The position numbers and the translations under genes are program-made. From Chlamydiales bacterium (GTDB lineage Bacteria; Chlamydiota; Chlamydiia; Chlamydiales; SM23-39), in NCBI GenBank assembly GCA_030681135.1, contig JAUXXF010000033.1, forward strand, positions 8,176-72,175: a DNA stretch of 64,000 bases. The letters run 5' to 3'. Shown piece by piece: positions 1 through 9,938 of this stretch. Position 1 is the first letter of the stretch, and the number at the start of each line of letters is the position of its first letter. The notes beneath the pieces were generated by a model. The model did no database searches, was not told the origin of the DNA, and worked only from the letters and a program-made list of their open reading frames with translations.

Positions 1-330
1 ATTGTACTAAGCCCTGACGGAAGTAACGTCTATGTTTCAGGCATAGCTGTCAGTAAAATTTTTATCATTGATACTCTTACCAACACCTTAGTCAAGTCGA
101 TATCTAAGCCCGATTTCCAAACTCCTAACCCTCTGGCAATACATCCCAACGGAAATATCTTATATATCGCCAATATATTCGGACCTATTCTAGCTTTCAA
201 TACAAGCACAACCACTGTTATCGCTACAGTACCAAATACAGCAGGAGGAGAATACGATTACAGCTCTCTCGCCATCCAACCATCAGGCAAGGCTCGGGCA
301 TTTGCAAGACCTTCAAATCGCAGGCCGTGA
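1..330 (+). CDS. YVTN-type beta-propeller repeat protein, C-terminal fragment (5' end outside window)
   Basis: Frame +1 is open from base 1 to TGA at 328-330. The translation IVLSPDGSNVYVSG...SSLAIQPSGKARAFARPSNRRP aligns with the C-termini of the paralogs at 503-1537 and 2745-3794. Confidence 0.8.
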   Translation: MVLSPDGSNVYVSGIAVSKIFIIDTLTNTLVKSISKPDFQTPNPLAIHPNGNILYIANIFGPILAFNTSTTTVIATVPNTAGGEYDYSSLAIQPSGKARAFARPSNRRP

Positions 331-502
331 TCGATGTATCTAGAAAAACTAGTTCAAATTGACAAATCAGTTTTTTGGGGGCGTCTTTGAGGTGGAACGG
401 GTATAGGTTCAAAAATCAACTTTTTTTACACCAAGAAAATTTTGGCGCATAGAAAGAGTTGTTAAAAATTAATTTTTTTCTATTTTTTAACCAAAGGTAA
501 TT

Positions 503-1537
503 ATGAAATTTTATTATTTATTTTTCTGTATAATAATCACAAAGATCTTAAGTGCTAGCCCCTTTATTTGGGCGCCTGATCAGCTGAATAATAGAGTCCT
601 TGTGATTGATGCGGCGACAAATACCATTTTCCAAACGATTCCTCAAAGTACAGGATTGTTTGACAATCCTCTTTCGGTCGCTATTACACCGGACAATCAA
701 TTTGCTTATGTGTTCAATGCAACCAGCGGTTCAACTCATACTACGGTAAGCGTTATCAACACAGCAAACTATCAACTAGAAGCCTTTATCGATCTTCAGG
801 AACCTTCTACTACCGAAGGGAATATAGCCATTTCTCCTAATGGAGCATTCGCTTATGTAACAAATACACAGAGACAGGTTGTCAGTGTTATCGACACATC
901 GACTAACTCCTTCGTCCAAAATATTGGAGGATTTTCAGAGCCCATTGGACTGGCTTTTTCACCAAATAGCGCTTTTGCTTATGTGGTAGATTTTGGAGCA
1001 AATCAAGTATTTCGCATTAATACTTCCACTCATGCGTCTGCTGCCATTCCTTTTCCAGGAGGAACATTTGATTCGCCAGAAGAGATAGCAATCACTGCGA
1101 ATGGAGTTTTTGCTTATGTAACAAACTTTGGAAATTCCACCATTCCCGTATTAAATCTAGTCAATAACACCATCCTCACTACTATTAACCTCCCAGCACT
1201 TTCTGATCCTGAGGCAATCGTCCTCAGTCCCGATGGAACGCGCGCTTATGTTGCAGGATATAGTAACCCCGGCTCAATCTTCACTATTGACACTCTTACA
1301 AATACTTTAATCGGATCCACAACTGGCGGAGGCATTTCATTCCCCACATCGTTAGCAGTAGCTCCTAGTGGGAACATTTTGTACATCGGCAATAATCAAG
1401 GTCCTATTCTAGCGCTCAATACAGGCACAAACACTATCATTACTACCGTACCAAACACTGCTGGCGATTTTTTCTTTTCTCTAGCTCTGCAACAATCATC
1501 CGCACGGCCATTTGCAAGACCTTCAAACCGCAGATGA
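503..1537 (+). CDS. Secreted YVTN-type beta-propeller repeat protein (paralog 1)
   Basis: 344-aa ORF with a signal-like N-terminus (MKFYYLFFCIIITKILSA/SPF). It has repeated ~40-aa units of the form PNGAFAYVTN..VSVIDT.TN, typical of YVTN/lactonase-type propellers. The C-terminal tail is FARPSNRR. Confidence 0.85.
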   Translation: MKFYYLFFCIIITKILSASPFIWAPDQLNNRVLVIDAATNTIFQTIPQSTGLFDNPLSVAITPDNQFAYVFNATSGSTHTTVSVINTANYQLEAFIDLQEPSTTEGNIAISPNGAFAYVTNTQRQVVSVIDTSTNSFVQNIGGFSEPIGLAFSPNSAFAYVVDFGANQVFRINTSTHASAAIPFPGGTFDSPEEIAITANGVFAYVTNFGNSTIPVLNLVNNTILTTINLPALSDPEAIVLSPDGTRAYVAGYSNPGSIFTIDTLTNTLIGSTTGGGISFPTSLAVAPSGNILYIGNNQGPILALNTGTNTIITTVPNTAGDFFFSLALQQSSARPFARPSNRR

Positions 1538-1634
1538 TAATCGATCCGTTAATCTTTTTTGTGCGCTAAGAAAATCTTGGCGCACAGAACATTTAGTTAA
1601 AAATTAAATTTTTCCATTTCAATTAGAGGTAATC

Positions 1635-2525
1635 ATGAAATTTTGTTATTTATTTTTTTGTCTAATCATCGCAAGACTCTTAAGTGCCAGCCCTTTTGTT
1701 TGGGTACCAGATCAGTTAAATCATCAAGTCCTTGTCATTGATGCGGTAACAAAAGCCATTTTTAAAACCATCTCTCAAAATACGGGATCGTTTGAAAAAC
1801 CTTTTTCGATCGCGATGACACCCGATGGTCTATTTGCTTACGTGTTCAATGGAGCAAATCACACAGTGAGCGTGATCAACACAAAGACTTACCAATTAAA
1901 AACTCTGATTTCTCTCAGACCTCTCAGCAGCGCTACAACGAAAGGACAAATAGCCGTTTCTCCTAATGGCGCGTTTGTCTATGTAGCCAATGCAGAGCAT
2001 CACGTTGTCAGCATCATCAACACATCGAAAAACTCTCTTAGCATGACACTTTCAGGTTCAGGAATGATAGAGCCCACTAAAATCTCTTTTTCACCAAACA
2101 GCTCTTTTGCCTATGTAACAGATTCTACAGCAAATCAAGTATTCCGGATTAACACCTCCTCTTACGCAATTGTCGCCCCTTTCTCAAGTCGAATATTTAA
2201 TAAACCAGACGAGATCGCAATCTCTACAAACGGAGCTTTTGCTTATGTGATAAATACTGGATTTTCTCCCTCTAAAATTTCTGTCTTAAATCTTGTCAAT
2301 GACACAGTCCTTACTAGTATTGATCTACCGGTATCCTCTGATCCTGATGCAATCGTCCTTAGCCCTGACGGAACCCGTGCCTATGTTGCATGCGCTGACA
2401 CCGGCAAAATTTTTATTATTGACACTATGACACACACCTTAATCGATCACGATCAAAAGTCCGGTACAATTCCTAATATAAGCATAAATGCAGAGGGCGT
2501 TTGCTTTTATCCGGGACTTCAGTAA
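1635..2525 (+). CDS. YVTN-type beta-propeller repeat protein (paralog 2, 3'-truncated, lacks last blade and conserved tail)
   Basis: 296-aa ORF colinear with paralogs 1 and 3 up to ...IFIIDTMTHTLI. It then diverges (DHDQKSGTIPNISINAEGVCFYPGLQ) and stops about 50 codons early. Confidence 0.75.
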   Translation: MKFCYLFFCLIIARLLSASPFVWVPDQLNHQVLVIDAVTKAIFKTISQNTGSFEKPFSIAMTPDGLFAYVFNGANHTVSVINTKTYQLKTLISLRPLSSATTKGQIAVSPNGAFVYVANAEHHVVSIINTSKNSLSMTLSGSGMIEPTKISFSPNSSFAYVTDSTANQVFRINTSSYAIVAPFSSRIFNKPDEIAISTNGAFAYVINTGFSPSKISVLNLVNDTVLTSIDLPVSSDPDAIVLSPDGTRAYVACADTGKIFIIDTMTHTLIDHDQKSGTIPNISINAEGVCFYPGLQ

Positions 2526-2577
2526 TCATCTAACCGAGGATTAAAAAAAAACCTACTAGGCGTTAACAATTAAACCT

Positions 2578-2648
2578 ATGAGCCTATCCGCAATCTAGAG
2601 AAAAAAATCTGGGGAATCTTTTTTCCTCTAGATGACGGATAGGCTCAT
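2578..2648. repeat. Long imperfect hairpin / inverted repeat downstream of the truncated paralog
   Basis: atgagcctatccg(caat)ctagag at 2578-2600 pairs with ctctag(atga)cggataggctcat at 2626-2648. The arms flank an A/T-rich loop. Confidence 0.6.
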
Positions 2649-2744
2649 CCGAATAAAAATTTTTGTCGATTTCCAGGAGTTTTTTATTTGGTTAGGTTCA
2701 GTGTATCAACAAACAACTTTTCAATTTTTAAACTAAAGGTAACT

Positions 2745-3794
2745 ATGAATTTTTTTTATTTATTTTTTTGTCTACTGATCACAAAGCTCTTAAGCGCAAG
2801 CCCCTTTATTTGGGCGACAGATGCAACTCCAGGGCATAATGTAGTCCTTGTAATTGATACAGCAACAAGCAAAATTTCTCAGACTATTTCTGGAAGCACA
2901 GGATCTTTCAACTTCCCGATGTCAGTTGCCATTACATCAGATGGTCTGTTTGCTTATGTATTCAATGGAGGAGATAGTACAGTAAGTGTAATCAACACAC
3001 AAACTTACCAACTGGAAACGACCATTTTTCTTGGGCTCTCTTCTCCCTTTGGAACCGAAGGAATCATAGCCATCTCTCCTAATGGGCAATTTGCCTATAT
3101 AACAAATACTATCAATGATAAAGTTCACGTTATTGATATATCGAATAATTCGTGGGTTCAAAATATTTCAATTTCAGGGCCTTCTGGAATAGCTTTCTCG
3201 CCTGATGGAGCTTTTGCTTATGTAGCAAGTATTAATAGTACAACTCAATTATTCCGCATTGATACGTCCACCAATACAGTCACGCCTCTTACTATTGCTG
3301 GCTCACCCTCACCATTTTCTACACCAGTTTATGTGATCGTTACTGCTAATGGAACTATGGCTTACGTGTCGAATTTTGCAAGCAGTACTATTTCTGTGAT
3401 AAATCTTACCAATAATACACTTCTTACTACAATTAGTGCCCTAAATGGGGAGCCACAAGAAATTATCTTTAATTCCGACGAAACTCTCGCCTATGTTTCA
3501 ACTTATAACAACTCGCAGATACTCGTTATTGATACTCAGACGAATACCGTGAAATCGAGCATGACTTCTGTCAACGCCGATGCTCCTCTGGGGCTAGCAC
3601 TAACTCCCAGCGAAAATATCTTATACGTCGGCAACGCTCCAGGCTCTGGAACGGGAAATATTTCAATTTTTAGCACACTCACAAACACATTTATTGCCGC
3701 AGTGCCAAATACAGCTGGGGATTACACTTCTCTAGCTCTTCAACCACCGGGCCGTCCCCGACAATTTGCAAGACCTTCCAATCGCAGGCCGTAG
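2745..3794 (+). CDS. Secreted YVTN-type beta-propeller repeat protein (paralog 3)
   Basis: The track ORF starts at TTG 2688. The conserved N-terminus MNFFYLFFCLLITKLLSA/SPF begins at ATG 2745, preceded by aaaggtaac as in the other copies. YVTN-type repeats are present and the tail is QFARPSNRRP. Confidence 0.85.
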   Translation: MNFFYLFFCLLITKLLSASPFIWATDATPGHNVVLVIDTATSKISQTISGSTGSFNFPMSVAITSDGLFAYVFNGGDSTVSVINTQTYQLETTIFLGLSSPFGTEGIIAISPNGQFAYITNTINDKVHVIDISNNSWVQNISISGPSGIAFSPDGAFAYVASINSTTQLFRIDTSTNTVTPLTIAGSPSPFSTPVYVIVTANGTMAYVSNFASSTISVINLTNNTLLTTISALNGEPQEIIFNSDETLAYVSTYNNSQILVIDTQTNTVKSSMTSVNADAPLGLALTPSENILYVGNAPGSGTGNISIFSTLTNTFIAAVPNTAGDYTSLALQPPGRPRQFARPSNRRP

Positions 3795-3796
3795 CG

Positions 3797-5266
3797 CTAG
3801 AAGAATAAAGAACTCACGCTCCAAGCGATGAGAAAATAGATAGACATCGATAAAAAGTCATTAAATGAGGTCACAATAGGTCCCGCAGAAATTGCGGGAT
3901 CTACCCCAATGCGGGCAAAGACGAGGGGAGCGAACACTCCAAGCAAGGTCCCAGCGCAGCAGCTTCCGATCAAACCGATGCTGACAATCACTGCAACAGC
4001 GCCAGGAGCCGCAACAGTCCACGTAGAACCTGCAAAAAGACTCAGTAAATAAACAATCAAACCACAGCTCAAACCGAAAATAGAACCAGTGAATATCCCA
4101 CTGATCAGCTCTTTCATGATTGTTTCACGCCGGCTTCCAGGAGAAAGGCCTCCTAAGGCCATGGTGCGCACGAGCACCGTACTGCACTGAAGACCAATGT
4201 TGCCAGACATCCCTGTAATCAAAGGGACAAAGAACATGGCAAACAGCAAAATGCCTCCAGCTTTTTGTTGAAAAGAGGACATGACAACCACGTTGACAAG
4301 TCCTGACAAAAGAGTCACGATAAGCCATGGAGCTCTAGTAAGAAAACGGCGAGTAATCGGATCATGGGAAGTAAACTTTTCATTCGTACCCGCCATACGA
4401 GCAATCGTCGCATCAGCCAAATCTTCCATCGCCTCAACCACATCCTCATGAGAGATCACCCCAATGAGGTAGTTGTCGATGTCGACTACAGGAAGAGAAG
4501 AAATTCGATAGCGCTCAACAAGATCAATCACCTCTTCTCGAGTTGCATCAGCCATCACTTTATGAAGAACCGGGCGCATCACTTGCCGAAGCGGGGTATG
4601 AGGAGGATTAATCATCATGTTCCGAGTAGGGACGCATCCTTGCAGTTCGCCTGCATGATTCAAGATGAAAATTCCTTTGGCAAAATCAATACGGGGATTA
4701 TCTCGGATATAAAGAGCAGCCTCTCCGATGGTCATATCCATCGTAAAAGCGAAAAACTCGGAGGTCATCAAACGACCTGCACTCTTTCGGTCGTGTTGCT
4801 TTAAAGCCCGAATTCGATTCGCCTTTTTAGAATCAATCTGGTCCATGAGCCGTCGGAACCTGCGCTCCGGCATATCCTCAATGATCCAGACCGCTTCGTC
4901 GGGCGGCATGCTGTTAAAAACTTTTTTTAATTCAAGGTCGGTCAAATGACGAAATAGGATCACCCGCGTATCGCTGTCTGTATTGACAAGAAATTTAATT
5001 TTGTTATCTTGACTCGGCAGATGATCGTAAAGAACAGGCCGAACATTAGGAGGAAGGTGGGAAGCTGCATAGGCCAGGTCAATGGGAGAATGCTCGCAGG
5101 CAATTTTGGCCAGGTCGTGCAAACGCACTTTTGAGGTCTGCTTATGAAAAGCTCTTTCAAGTTTTTCTTTTAACAGATCATCAATGCGACCTATTTTCGA
5201 ATCTAGCAATTCAACACTTTGAGGAGCTGTTTTTTCATCTAATTCATCGTTGGAAGAGCGTTCCAT
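3797..5266 (-). CDS. mgtE: Magnesium transporter MgtE
   Basis: 489-aa ORF. The architecture is an N-terminal cytosolic domain, a CBS pair (...ISSLPVVDIDNYLIGVISHEDV...) and a C-terminal multi-helix membrane domain ending ...PIVTSFNDFLSMSIYF, typical of MgtE. Confidence 0.9.
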   Translation of the reverse strand: MERSSNDELDEKTAPQSVELLDSKIGRIDDLLKEKLERAFHKQTSKVRLHDLAKIACEHSPIDLAYAASHLPPNVRPVLYDHLPSQDNKIKFLVNTDSDTRVILFRHLTDLELKKVFNSMPPDEAVWIIEDMPERRFRRLMDQIDSKKANRIRALKQHDRKSAGRLMTSEFFAFTMDMTIGEAALYIRDNPRIDFAKGIFILNHAGELQGCVPTRNMMINPPHTPLRQVMRPVLHKVMADATREEVIDLVERYRISSLPVVDIDNYLIGVISHEDVVEAMEDLADATIARMAGTNEKFTSHDPITRRFLTRAPWLIVTLLSGLVNVVVMSSFQQKAGGILLFAMFFVPLITGMSGNIGLQCSTVLVRTMALGGLSPGSRRETIMKELISGIFTGSIFGLSCGLIVYLLSLFAGSTWTVAAPGAVAVIVSIGLIGSCCAGTLLGVFAPLVFARIGVDPAISAGPIVTSFNDFLSMSIYFLIAWSVSSLFF

Positions 5267-5432
5267 AGCGACCTCAAAGGATTAAAAATTCTGTTTCTAC
5301 ATAACTTTTTAGGTTCTTCTGCGCCTAGTATAGGGGCTTTTTGAAAATTAAAGCAAGAAAATTCTTCTAGAAATTAATTAGTTTAGCAAGATACACTGAT
5401 TACATCATATAATGAGGAACTTTTAAAAGATC

Positions 5433-7244
5433 ATGTTTGACCCCCAAAAAATACGAAACATCGCCATTATCGCACACATCGACCATGGCAAGACTACCCT
5501 TCTAGATAGCCTTCTAAAGCAATCGAATATCTTTCGAGATAATGAAAAGATCCCCGAACGGGTGATGGACAGTTTTGATCAAGAGCGAGAGCGAGGGATC
5601 ACTATTTTTGCCAAACACACGTGCGTCTACTACAAAGACTTTAAAATTAACATTATAGACACTCCAGGCCACGCCGATTTTTCGGGCGAGGTCGAAAGGG
5701 TGCTCGGCATGGTCAATTCAGTGCTGCTCCTCGTCGACGCCCAAGAGGGTCCTATGCCTCAGACCAGATTTGTCTTGTCACAGGCATTAAAGATGGGACT
5801 CAAGCCGATTGTCGTATTAAATAAGATCGACCGCCCTCACGCAAATCCTGACCGAGCCTTAGATCTCACCTTTGATCTCTTCCTTGAACTTGGGGCCAAT
5901 GACGATCAGCTCAATTTTTCCTATATTTATGCCTCAGGATTTAGTGGATATGCGATCGCCCAACTAAACGATGAACCAAAAGATCTAATGCCTTTATTCG
6001 AGCTGATTTTGACAGCAGCTCCGGCTCCTCCTGGCAATCTCTCTTTACCTTTCCTTATGCAATCAGCGACAATCTCCTATGATGACTACTTAGGAAGACA
6101 GGCATGCGGACGTATTTTGGAAGGAAAAGTTTCTAAAGGAGACACCTTGACCCGTGTTGATCGAAATGGAAACCATACAAATCACCGAATTGTAAAAATT
6201 GAAGGGCACCATGGGCTCAAAAAAGTAGAGATCGAAGATGCAGGAGCAGGTGATATCATTTCTCTCTCCGGGATCCCAGAAGTCGATATTGGAGACACCA
6301 TTTGCGCCACCGGTAACGTTGTGCAACTTCCTCCTATTACGTTGGCAGAGCCCACTGTATCGGTAGAGTTCCTTGTCAATACGAGTCCTTTTGTCGGTAA
6401 AGACGGCAAACACGTCACGATGAATAAGCTTCGAGATCGCTTGCAGAAAGAAAAAAAGGCCAACATTTCGTTAAAAATCGAAGAGATCCCAGGACGCGAC
6501 GATGCAATCCGCGTATGCGGCCGAGGTGAGCTTCATTTGGCTGTGTTGATCGAAACGATGCGTCGTGAAGGGTATGAGCTCGCTGTCTCTAAACCAAAAG
6601 TCATCACGAAAGAAGTAGACGGCGTCTTGATGGAGCCTTTTGAAAGAGTACATATCGAAGTGCCTGAAGAATATTCTGGAACTGTGATTGAAGATCTTTC
6701 GAAGCGTAAAGGGGAAATGACTTCTCTTTCAACTTCAGAACATGGACTGACAACACTCTCGTTTACCATGCCTACTCGTGGACTCATGGGGTATCGAAAC
6801 GATTTTCTAACCCGCACATCGGGACTTGGAGTGCTTACCTCTATTTTTGAAATGTTTGCTCCTTGGAAAGGAGAATTAATTGGCAGAACCCGCGGCGTAT
6901 TGATCTCCAATAACTCAGGGAAAGCCAATGGTTACGCTCTTTTCACTCTGCAAGAGAGAGGCTCTCTGTTTGTTAAACCTGGCGATGAGGTTTATGAAGG
7001 GATGGTTGTCGGCGAACACTCCAGAGACAATGATCTAATTGTCAATGCGACGAAAGCAAAGCAGCTCACCAACGTGCGCGCATCGGGGAGCGATGAAAAT
7101 ATTATTCTAACTCCACCAAGAAAGTTTACTTTAGAACAGGCAATCGATTATATTGCAGATGATGAACTCGTAGAGATCACACCAAACTTTATTCGTTTAC
7201 GTAAGCAATATTTAACAGAAAATGAGAGAAAACGAGCCAAGTAA
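5433..7244 (+). CDS. typA: Translational GTPase TypA/BipA
   Basis: 603 aa with G motifs [17 protein letters not shown] and NKID, and an EF-G-like domain order without domain IV. The N-terminus [22 protein letters not shown] is typical of TypA. Confidence 0.93.
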   Translation: MFDPQKIRNIAIIAHIDHGKTTLLDSLLKQSNIFRDNEKIPERVMDSFDQERERGITIFAKHTCVYYKDFKINIIDTPGHADFSGEVERVLGMVNSVLLLVDAQEGPMPQTRFVLSQALKMGLKPIVVLNKIDRPHANPDRALDLTFDLFLELGANDDQLNFSYIYASGFSGYAIAQLNDEPKDLMPLFELILTAAPAPPGNLSLPFLMQSATISYDDYLGRQACGRILEGKVSKGDTLTRVDRNGNHTNHRIVKIEGHHGLKKVEIEDAGAGDIISLSGIPEVDIGDTICATGNVVQLPPITLAEPTVSVEFLVNTSPFVGKDGKHVTMNKLRDRLQKEKKANISLKIEEIPGRDDAIRVCGRGELHLAVLIETMRREGYELAVSKPKVITKEVDGVLMEPFERVHIEVPEEYSGTVIEDLSKRKGEMTSLSTSEHGLTTLSFTMPTRGLMGYRNDFLTRTSGLGVLTSIFEMFAPWKGELIGRTRGVLISNNSGKANGYALFTLQERGSLFVKPGDEVYEGMVVGEHSRDNDLIVNATKAKQLTNVRASGSDENIILTPPRKFTLEQAIDYIADDELVEITPNFIRLRKQYLTENERKRAK

Positions 7245-7935
7245 AGAAAAGACAACGGTCAAGGAGATGTTTAACCACATCGCCAAGACCTATGACAAAA
7301 CCAACCGGGTCCTCTCTTTTGGGATGGACCTGCGATGGAGAAAACAGCTCGCCAAACATTTTCCAAACAAAAAAGAGATCCATCTTCTCGATCTTGCAAC
7401 AGGCACTGCGGATCAGCTCATTGCCCTCTTTGACTCAAAAGCACCGATTCGATCAGCTATAGGCATCGATCTTGCAGCCGAAATGATTCAAATCGGCGAG
7501 CAAAAAATTCGAAACAAGCCGTATAAAGACCAGATCGAGCTGCAAATTGGCGATGCCATGCACCTGCCTTTTGAAGAGGCAAGCTTTGAAGTATGCACCT
7601 TCTCCTTTGGTATTCGCAATATCCCAGATCCCCTGCATGGGTTAAACCAAATTCATCGCATCTTAAAACCTCAAGGGCGCTGCCTGATCTTGGAATTTTC
7701 GCTTCCTAAATTTCCCTTTAAATGGCCTTATTTACTCTATCTACGCTATATTCTCCCGTGGCTTGGAGGAAAACTCTCTCGCGCTCCGAAGGCTTATCGT
7801 TATTTAAACCGGACGATTGAAACCTTTCCTTCAGGATCTGCATTTGTCGGGCTCATGAAGCGAGCCGGATTTTCTCACGTAAAGGCGCATCCCATGGCCC
7901 TCGGCGCAGTGACTTTGTATGTTGGAGAAAAGTAA
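7222..7935 (+). CDS. ubiE: Demethylmenaquinone/ubiquinone C-methyltransferase UbiE/MenG
   Basis: 237 aa with the UbiE signature FNHIAKTYDKTNRVLSFGMDLRWRK and the SAM motif LLDLATGTAD. It overlaps the typA stop by 23 nt. Confidence 0.88.
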   Translation: MRENEPSKEKTTVKEMFNHIAKTYDKTNRVLSFGMDLRWRKQLAKHFPNKKEIHLLDLATGTADQLIALFDSKAPIRSAIGIDLAAEMIQIGEQKIRNKPYKDQIELQIGDAMHLPFEEASFEVCTFSFGIRNIPDPLHGLNQIHRILKPQGRCLILEFSLPKFPFKWPYLLYLRYILPWLGGKLSRAPKAYRYLNRTIETFPSGSAFVGLMKRAGFSHVKAHPMALGAVTLYVGEK

Positions 7936-7944
7936 AGGAAGCTA

Positions 7945-8991
7945 ATGGATCTTCTCAAGTGGCTGCAAGAGGTCACTGAATACCCCAAAATCTATTGGAA
8001 AGAACGTTCGAGTTCCACTGCTTTTGCAGGAGTTGGTGAAAGAGGACTCTCCTCTATCTCTTACGGCTGGCGCCATAGCTCTGCCAAACAAACCTGGTCC
8101 GATTTTCCAAAGAGCGCTCACATCACTCCCCGCCTAAGCTTTGAGACAACAACAAAAAGTGATCTTTCCTCTTTAGAAAAACCAAAAATCAAACAATGTC
8201 ACCTTCTCCCAAGTTACAATCACTGGTCCAAGCTAATCGAAAAAACGCTTAAAGCGATCGAAGAAAAGCAGTTCAAAAAATGCGTCTTGGCTCGAGAATG
8301 CAAATTTGAATTAGAAAAGCCAATTGATCCCTGGAGCCTCGTCGCAGCTCTTGAAAAGCGCGCTGAGAATGCCTATGTCATCTGCATCCAGCCAACAAGC
8401 CGCTCTGCCTTCATTAGCGTCACTCCTGAAATGCTTTTTTCCAGACAAGATCAGCTTCTTACAGTAGAGGCTCTTGCAGGCACGCAAAAACTCCATCAAA
8501 GCACTTCCTTTCCCCTTTCCCATCCCAAGCACAGACAAGAATTTTCTCTCGTCGAACAATCGATTGAAGAAGCTCTCCACACTGCTGGCTTAGGCCCCCT
8601 CACATTTTGTACGCCTTCCATCCGCACAACCTCTGGAGGGTTGCAACATCTCTATAGCCGCCTAGAGACTCAGCTCCCAGCTGGCATTGAAGATGACACG
8701 CTTCTCCAGGCGCTCCATCCCACAGCTGCTCTTGCAGGATTTCCTAAGGAGCCAGCAAGACAATTTCTTTATGATCATGAGCCGTTCGATAGAGGGCTCT
8801 ACGGCGCTCCTCTTGGACGAATGACAACAGACGACTCAACCTGGGTAGTAGGGATTCGCTCGTGTCTTCTCTTCGAATCAACAGCTACGCTCTACTCAGG
8901 AGCTGGCATCGTCTCGGGATCTGATCCACTCGCTGAATGGGAGGAGCTCGATCACAAAATTGCTCTTTTCAAGGAGATGCTTTTATCATGA
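7945..8991 (+). CDS. menF: Isochorismate synthase MenF
   Basis: 348 aa with a chorismate-binding C-terminal region (ALHPTAALAGFPKEPARQFLYDHEPFDRGLYGAPLG...GAGIV). It lies in a men gene context. Confidence 0.8.
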   Translation: MDLLKWLQEVTEYPKIYWKERSSSTAFAGVGERGLSSISYGWRHSSAKQTWSDFPKSAHITPRLSFETTTKSDLSSLEKPKIKQCHLLPSYNHWSKLIEKTLKAIEEKQFKKCVLARECKFELEKPIDPWSLVAALEKRAENAYVICIQPTSRSAFISVTPEMLFSRQDQLLTVEALAGTQKLHQSTSFPLSHPKHRQEFSLVEQSIEEALHTAGLGPLTFCTPSIRTTSGGLQHLYSRLETQLPAGIEDDTLLQALHPTAALAGFPKEPARQFLYDHEPFDRGLYGAPLGRMTTDDSTWVVGIRSCLLFESTATLYSGAGIVSGSDPLAEWEELDHKIALFKEMLLS

Positions 8992-9878
8992 AACTGATAC
9001 TTCTTTGTCTTTTGCCATTTTGTCTTTATGGGCTCGTTTACGATTGCTTTCCTTTTTTCAATGAACTTGAGCTTTTGCAAGTTCGTTTTGCAGAACTTGA
9101 TGAGACTGTGGACTATTTTGTCTTGGTCGAATCTGTCGAGACACAAAGAGGCGATTTGAAACCTCTTTTTTTCAAAGAGAACAAACATCTCTTTGAAAAA
9201 TACTTGCCAAAGGTGATTCATGTGATCATCGATGAACGACATCCTGAAATGGGCCTTTGGGAAAGAGAGCATTATCAGAGAAATGCGATGATGCGCGCTC
9301 TGGAAAAACGGGCCACTTCTTCTGATGTTGTGATCATTTCGGACCTCGATGAAATTCCTCGAGGGACCGTAATTGCAGCGCTCAAGCAGGCCGTTTCTAA
9401 CTCTTCTCCAATTTCTGTCAAAGTGCCTCCTTTTACATCCAAAAAAGCGAAAAAAAAGTATAAAAAAAGATATGCGCCTTTAAAAGCCTATGCTCTGGAA
9501 ATGGACAATTACTATTACCAGTTGAATCGTCAAACGTCAACCAAAGAAACCTGGGACGGCGGTATGTGGTGTGGGACCATTATGACAACGTATGCGCAGC
9601 TCAAAAAACGCTCTCCCCAATATTTCCGAAAGCGCAGAAATAAATTACCTCGCATTGCGCAAGGGGGCTGGCATTTTAGTTGGATGGGAGGAAAAGACAA
9701 GATTCGACAAAAGCTTGTGAGCGTAGTGGAAGGACGATCGGATGGGGCTCTTGTGACGGATGAAGAAATTGCTGCCTGGATCGCAAAACATCCAGCAGTT
9801 CCTCTTGACGACTCATTTCCTAAGTACATCCTTGAAAAACAAGACCATTTTCGCTCTATTGGCTTTTTGGCAGACTGA
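8988..9878 (+). CDS. Glycosyltransferase family 17-like protein (GnT-III-like), N-terminal membrane anchor
   Basis: ATG at 8988 overlaps the menF stop (ATGA). MKLILLCLLPFCLYG is followed by YDCFPFFNELELLQVRFAELDETVDYFVLVES, the N-terminal signature I associate with GT17 enzymes. Confidence 0.7.
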   Translation: MKLILLCLLPFCLYGLVYDCFPFFNELELLQVRFAELDETVDYFVLVESVETQRGDLKPLFFKENKHLFEKYLPKVIHVIIDERHPEMGLWEREHYQRNAMMRALEKRATSSDVVIISDLDEIPRGTVIAALKQAVSNSSPISVKVPPFTSKKAKKKYKKRYAPLKAYALEMDNYYYQLNRQTSTKETWDGGMWCGTIMTTYAQLKKRSPQYFRKRRNKLPRIAQGGWHFSWMGGKDKIRQKLVSVVEGRSDGALVTDEEIAAWIAKHPAVPLDDSFPKYILEKQDHFRSIGFLAD

Positions 9879-9938
9879 GTGGATCAAAGTCGACGCAAAG
9901 AATCTCTTTAAATGTTTCGATTTTCCTTATACATGTTT

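Noticed and set aside
427-460. TGGCGC-containing conserved sequence upstream of the propeller paralogs (also at 1578-1600), considered as a sigma-54 (-24/-12) promoter.
   Set aside because: No TTGC(A/T) element follows TGGCGC at the required 5-nt spacing. The conservation is more simply explained by duplication of the intergenic region and by a hairpin.
4364-4949. Plus-strand ORFs inside mgtE. Similar antisense ORFs lie inside typA (6090-6928), the RHS gene (12649-16825), menD, menA/menB and the autotransporters.
   Set aside because: All lie within, and antisense or out of frame to, long ORFs that have clear family signatures. None has a motif of its own.
5267-5432. Possible Mg2+ (M-box) riboswitch upstream of mgtE.
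   Set aside because: The 166-bp spacer is shared with the divergent typA promoter. I could not find the conserved M-box helices or sequence blocks. It is too short and AT-rich to support the call.
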